64,000 nucleotides of DNA from a virus, in the IMG/VR virus record IMGVR_UViG_3300027987_000382, positions 82,840 to 146,839 of that record; one strand, written 5' to 3'. Below the pieces are notes generated by a model. The model did not search any database. It saw only the letters and a list, made by a program, of their open reading frames with translations, and was not told where the DNA came from. Of this stretch, positions 60,230-64,000 are shown piece after piece (within the stretch, counting starts at the first letter, position 1; the number at the start of each line of letters is the position of its first letter). The position numbers were made by a program, and so were the translations under genes.

Positions 60230-60760
60230 ATGTCCCACACCGCAGAAACAGCCCGCAAAACCGCCAAGAAATCCTGGGCACGGGCAAACCGCCTCGCCGA
60301 ACTCACCGGCCACGAAAAATCCGCCGACTGCCGCACCTACCTCGCGAGCCTGAACGGCACGAGCAATAAGGAGATCCTCGACACCAGCAAAGACGCTCGG
60401 ACCCGAGACATCCGAGAACTCATGGAAGGATTCACCACCTGGTACGAAGGCGGCGGCAGGTCCCTCCACGCCGGAGGCAAAGGCCAAACCCGCCGGAGCA
60501 AGGGCGACACATCCCGCCCACCCAGAGCCGGAGCACCAAATCCCCGTAACGGAACCGCCAAGCGACAATCCAGGGGACATGCCCACATCACCGCCGAGCC
60601 AATCTACCAGCTTCGCAAAATCCAGAAGCAACACGACCTCAGCATCGAAGACCTCGCCCACTGCGTCGAAGTCCTAGGACGCATCGTAGAAAGCCCCCTC
60701 AACGTCGACCAATTCCTCCGAGACGTCAAAGCGGACCGCAAAGCCTCCGCCTCCATCTAA
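60230..60760 (+). CDS. Basic hypothetical protein
   Basis: AGGAGG RBS. Confidence 0.7.
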   Translation: MSHTAETARKTAKKSWARANRLAELTGHEKSADCRTYLASLNGTSNKEILDTSKDARTRDIRELMEGFTTWYEGGGRSLHAGGKGQTRRSKGDTSRPPRAGAPNPRNGTAKRQSRGHAHITAEPIYQLRKIQKQHDLSIEDLAHCVEVLGRIVESPLNVDQFLRDVKADRKASASI

Positions 60761-60780
60761 GACGTCCTCATTTCGGCAGA

Positions 60781-60815
60781 GACGCCCACGGTCGCCAATG
60801 GTGCCCGTGGGCGTT
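60781..60815. terminator. Hairpin between the 60230 gene and array 3
   Basis: GACGCCCACGG-N13-CCGTGGGCGTT. Confidence 0.55.
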
Positions 60816-60825
60816 CTCATAGGTG

Positions 60826-61168
60826 CGATTTCCTCTCAGGAAAGCCCATCGGGCACCAAACCCAACCTAACCACACCTAAACGAACCCTCCGAACCTGTC
60901 CACGTACAACGCGGACCCCTGCGATTTCCTCACAGGAAACCCAGGCCCATCGGACCCCCTACCGAACCGCCCGGAACTGGACTCACCGGACTACGCTCTA
61001 GCCGGAACGATCCCTACCGCTCAAACGCGTACTCGTACGCACAGGACCACGGGCAAACGGGCAGCCGCGATTTCCTCCCAGGAAACCCGTAAGGTCCCAA
61101 TACCGACCGAGGCTTCACTTGACACACCCTGGCGAACCTGTAAACGCCCACGATTTCCTCGGAGGAAA
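60826..61168 (-). ncRNA. Pentamer/hairpin array 3: 3 units bounded by 4 CGATTTCC-N5-GGAAA motifs
   Basis: Cores 60845, 60946, 61086; motifs 60826, 60922, 61068, 61151. Confidence 0.75.
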
Positions 61169-61182
61169 CCACAATACGCTCC

Positions 61183-61208
61183 TGTTGCCAAAAGGCCCCA
61201 CGAGTTAA
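61183..61208 (-). promoter_or_regulatory. Promoter motif pointing into array 3
   Basis: TTAAC-N15-GCAACA-N5-GTAT on minus strand. Confidence 0.7.
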
Positions 61209-61377
61209 GTCCTAACGTGCGAAGAACATACCTCTCCGAGCTTCTCCTTTGGCTTCCCTTGGCCTCTCGCGTGCGGCGGCTCAAAGTCCGGGGGAGAGCT
61301 TTCGGCTTCACTCGGGGCAAAGGAGGTGTCTTTCTGTGGTTCTTTTTGGGTTTTGGTGCTGTTTGCACTGCGAGGAC

Positions 61378-62010
61378 TTATTTACTTTTTGGGCAGGGGT
61401 TATTTGTGAAGATGTCGCCTTCCCATTCGATGAGGATTTGGTGGAGTCTGCCGTTTGGGTGGTTGTTGGTGGCGACGATGGTGAGTTGGGCTGGTTTTCC
61501 GTTTGCTAGGGCTGTTGTTCCTTGGTCGGTGCAGTAGATGCTGAGTTGGTGTTTTTGTGGGGGTTGCCCGGTTTCGTCTATTCCGTCTTTTTGGTTGAGG
61601 ATTTGGGTGATTTTGTTGATGGTTTCTTGGTGGTTGAGTGGTTGGAGTTTTTGGCCTTCTGTGCTGAGGGCGAGCCAGATTTGGTGGGCTGTTTGGGCGT
61701 TGTGTTTGATTGTGGCGAGTCGGTTTTTGAGTTGGTTGGTGTGGGATTCTGTGTAGCCGCCGTGTTTGATGATTTGGTGGAGTTCGTCGGTGTTGCGTTC
61801 TTCGATGATGGTGGTGTGGTCGAGGATGCAGTCGGCTCTTTGTTGGGCGAGTTGTGCTGTTGGGTAGATTGCGTGGTTTGGGAAGTCGGGGTGGCTTTGG
61901 ATTCTTGGGTGTGAGTGGGCGATGGTCCAGGTGTAGTTTGGTTCGTTTTGTTCGTCCCATTCGTCGTTGTAGTCGGCGAGGACTGTGTGGGCGGTTTCGT
62001 TTGTTGTCAT
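61378..62010 (-). CDS. Hypothetical protein
   Basis: ATGA-coupled, 210 aa. Confidence 0.6.
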   Translation of the reverse strand: MTTNETAHTVLADYNDEWDEQNEPNYTWTIAHSHPRIQSHPDFPNHAIYPTAQLAQQRADCILDHTTIIEERNTDELHQIIKHGGYTESHTNQLKNRLATIKHNAQTAHQIWLALSTEGQKLQPLNHQETINKITQILNQKDGIDETGQPPQKHQLSIYCTDQGTTALANGKPAQLTIVATNNHPNGRLHQILIEWEGDIFTNNPCPKSK

Positions 62011-62378
62011 TCTAGGTCGATTCCTTCTTCGGTGGTTTTGATGAATGGGCCGTGGTCGGTTTCTGCGAGTGTCCAGCCGAGTTTGGTGTAGTATTCGATG
62101 ATGTTGTTGACGTTGTCTGGTGGTAGGTCTTCTCTGCGGTTGTCTTGGGTGTCGGTTTCGCAGGTTAGGCCGAATCTTTTGTGGACGTGGTCCCATGTGA
62201 CTGTTTTGACGTTGAATTCGTCGTCTGCGTAGCCTTCTTCGTTATATGTGAGGGTGATTGTGAGTCCGACGAATGGGGGGAATGGGAGTTCGATTTGTTT
62301 GGTGAAGAAGAAGCATGTTGCTTCGCCAGGGTTGATGAGGTTGACTTGGCAGAGTAGGTTGACTTGGTGGGTTGTCAT
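62007..62378 (-). CDS. Hypothetical protein
   Basis: AGGAG RBS; IELPFPPFVGL. Confidence 0.65.
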   Translation of the reverse strand: MTTHQVNLLCQVNLINPGEATCFFFTKQIELPFPPFVGLTITLTYNEEGYADDEFNVKTVTWDHVHKRFGLTCETDTQDNRREDLPPDNVNNIIEYYTKLGWTLAETDHGPFIKTTEEGIDLE

Positions 62379-62590
62379 GGTGCTCCTGCGGCGTAGATGA
62401 TTTTGAGGCATTGTTCGCAGATGCGGACTTGTTGGCGGTGTCCGCTGAGTTGCCAGATGGGTGTTTCTGGTGGGGCGTGGATGGTTTGGGTGCAGAAGTT
62501 GCAGCTGCCGTACTGGTCTTTTGTGCCTTTGGTGAAAGAAGTTTGGCCGAGGCTGTTGGTATTGCCGCATGTTGGTCGGTTTTGGGTCAT
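62375..62590 (-). CDS. Small Zn-finger protein
   Basis: GSCNFC...VRICEQC. Confidence 0.6.
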   Translation of the reverse strand: MTQNRPTCGNTNSLGQTSFTKGTKDQYGSCNFCTQTIHAPPETPIWQLSGHRQQVRICEQCLKIIYAAGAP

Positions 62591-62595
62591 TGTTT

Positions 62596-62694
62596 TTACC
62601 AGTTGTAGGGTGGGCCGTTTTTGGGGCGTGGCCAGAGGACGGCGATGATGAGTGGTGGTGCGAGGGTGATGAAGATGGCGAGTCCTGGTGTCAT
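62596..62694 (-). CDS. Tiny membrane peptide
   Basis: 32 aa, one TM. Confidence 0.4.
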   Translation of the reverse strand: MTPGLAIFITLAPPLIIAVLWPRPKNGPPYNW

Positions 62695-62948
62695 AGGTAG
62701 AGTCCTAGGTGTTGTTCGATTTTGTCGATGGCGTTTGGTTCTTGGAGGTCGATGAAGGTGTTTGTGCTGTCTGGGGTTTCGCCGTAGCCGATTAGGCGGA
62801 TTTTGGTGTCTTCTGAGTGGTGGATGGCGATTGTGTTGGCTGTGGTGCCGGGGCGTTGGACTGTGAATGGTCCGATAACGCCGATGCCTGCGATTTCGTA
62901 GCCGAGTTCCGATATGTGGTGTCGGAGTGCTTCGAAGAGTTCGTCCAA
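62691..62948 (-). CDS. Small protein, DP-motif family (start uncertain)
   Basis: LFEALRHHI ... IDLQEPNAIDKI. Confidence 0.55.
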   Translation of the reverse strand: MDELFEALRHHISELGYEIAGIGVIGPFTVQRPGTTANTIAIHHSEDTKIRLIGYGETPDSTNTFIDLQEPNAIDKIEQHLGLYL

Positions 62949-62971
62949 TTCGGATGCCCTTTGTCCGAAGG

Positions 62972-63946
62972 TTACTTGAGTTTGATGCGATGCCAGCCGC
63001 TGAGGACCTGATGGCAGAAGTCGTCGATAACATCGAAGAACTGTGGGTCTTCGGGACGAGCGATTGAGTGCACGATCCAGGTCTTCGGCTTGTCCGGATT
63101 TGGCTTCATCAAGTTGAGTTCCGGGCCTTGGTCTTTGTACCGGATCAGCCCGCGATTGCCGCATTTGACGCGGATGCAATCGGTGGTGCCGTCGTCGTTC
63201 AAGTTCTCAAATACGCCGCCAGCTGGAATTATGTCGGTGTCTCGAATGTGCTCCGCAGTGATGGCGAGTATGTCGATGGGCTTGGTGGCGACGACTTGGA
63301 CCTCTTTTGCTTGGTCTTCGGGCACGCCGCAGTCGATGAGTGCTTGGATGAGTTCGGGGCGTCGGAGGACGTCGTCGAAGATGGAGAGATCGGCATCAGC
63401 CGGTAGGGTGATTTTGAGCATATTGCAGACCAGAGTTCCTCTCCAGACGAATTTCTTGCATCTACACCATCGGTGAAAACATTGGCTTTCGTCTTTTGCG
63501 TGGCAGTGAAGGTCGTGACCGCATACAACACAAAAGTGCGTGTTGAGTGGTGGTTCGTTGTAGTATGAATCGGGATGTGGTTGTAGTTCAGTTGATGGTG
63601 GTGGCGGTTGTCCTTTGGCTTTTGCTCGTAAGACTTCGGCCCGATTGTGTGTTCGTAGGTGTTGGTACTCTTTGGCTCCCGATTTTTCGATATATTCTTT
63701 TGTGTGGCCAAACCAACGTCTTTTGCGTTTAGGGACATAGGCGTTTGGGTCGATCACAACATCCTCTGGAGGTATTCGATGGCGTCTTCGATGCACGTTG
63801 GGGATTCGAGTTCGCAGACGTAGGCGGGTTGGCCGCCGCGTAGTGTAAGAATTGGGATAACCCAGAGCTTGAGCTTGTCGCTGTCTGAGCCTTTGTTGAG
63901 GTCGATTTCGACGAGTTCTTGGCAGCCGCGATACAGCTTGGCCCAA
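62972..63946 (-). CDS. Mosaic protein: Cys/His cluster plus C-terminal DP-motif domain (start probably downstream)
   Basis: CVVCGH...H...C....C.C..F; RPEDPQFFDVI. Confidence 0.55.
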   Translation of the reverse strand: MGQAVSRLPRTRRNRPQQRLRQRQAQALGYPNSYTTRRPTRLRLRTRIPNVHRRRHRIPPEDVVIDPNAYVPKRKRRWFGHTKEYIEKSGAKEYQHLRTHNRAEVLRAKAKGQPPPPSTELQPHPDSYYNEPPLNTHFCVVCGHDLHCHAKDESQCFHRWCRCKKFVWRGTLVCNMLKITLPADADLSIFDDVLRRPELIQALIDCGVPEDQAKEVQVVATKPIDILAITAEHIRDTDIIPAGGVFENLNDDGTTDCIRVKCGNRGLIRYKDQGPELNLMKPNPDKPKTWIVHSIARPEDPQFFDVIDDFCHQVLSGWHRIKLK

Positions 63947-64000
63947 GAGGACGTGCCATGTTTGGCGGTGAGTCCGACCTCTTGGGCGATTTCTTCGGCG

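Noticed and set aside
60798-61537. ORFs over array 3 and the skew switch
   Set aside because: No RBS or motifs; better explained as non-coding and compositional.
37854-63300. Diversity-generating retroelement behind the paralog family or arrays
   Set aside because: No reverse transcriptase and no template/variable repeat pair with A-specific differences seen.
46576-63946. Cas7/RAMP-like effector next to the arrays
   Set aside because: No neighbouring ORF shows an RRM-like start with a C-terminal Gly-rich loop; remote homology cannot be excluded without a structure search.

Overview
This looks like a segment of a large (jumbo/huge) dsDNA phage genome with T4-like ancestry: two ORFs carry gp23 major-capsid motifs. 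The host may be a Planctomycete (weak inference from csrA and a secreted-protein style). From 1-31 kb there is a dense glycan-modification island (GT2/4/9/10/25, GDP-fucose synthase, sulfotransferase, methyltransferases, deacetylase, GNA1-like GNAT) plus a 2363-aa vWA/beta-propeller/CBM-like protein, NucS, HNH and csrA. From 31-46 kb lie radical SAMs, rnhA, thyX, dut, a sulfatase and many small genes. From 50-59 kb is a GC-rich block of leftward genes, most behind a repeated TTWAC-N15/16-GYAACA promoter. The most striking unexplained structure is three non-coding arrays (47.17-47.69, 48.68-48.81, 60.84-61.17 kb). On the minus strand they read as in-register GGN-NN pentamer tracts, each closed by a 4-bp hairpin whose pairing (with G-U wobble and compensatory changes) is kept in all 12 copies. 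One array has its own promoter and terminator. This is a candidate guide-RNA array system with no recognisable effector gene in the window. Also notable: an oriented CGATTTCC-N5-GGAAA motif (10 copies), an expanded family of small proteins sharing a C-terminal DP motif, capsid-fragment fusion genes and a sharp strand-skew switch near 61.2 kb. All protein calls come from motif recognition by eye; no searches were run.
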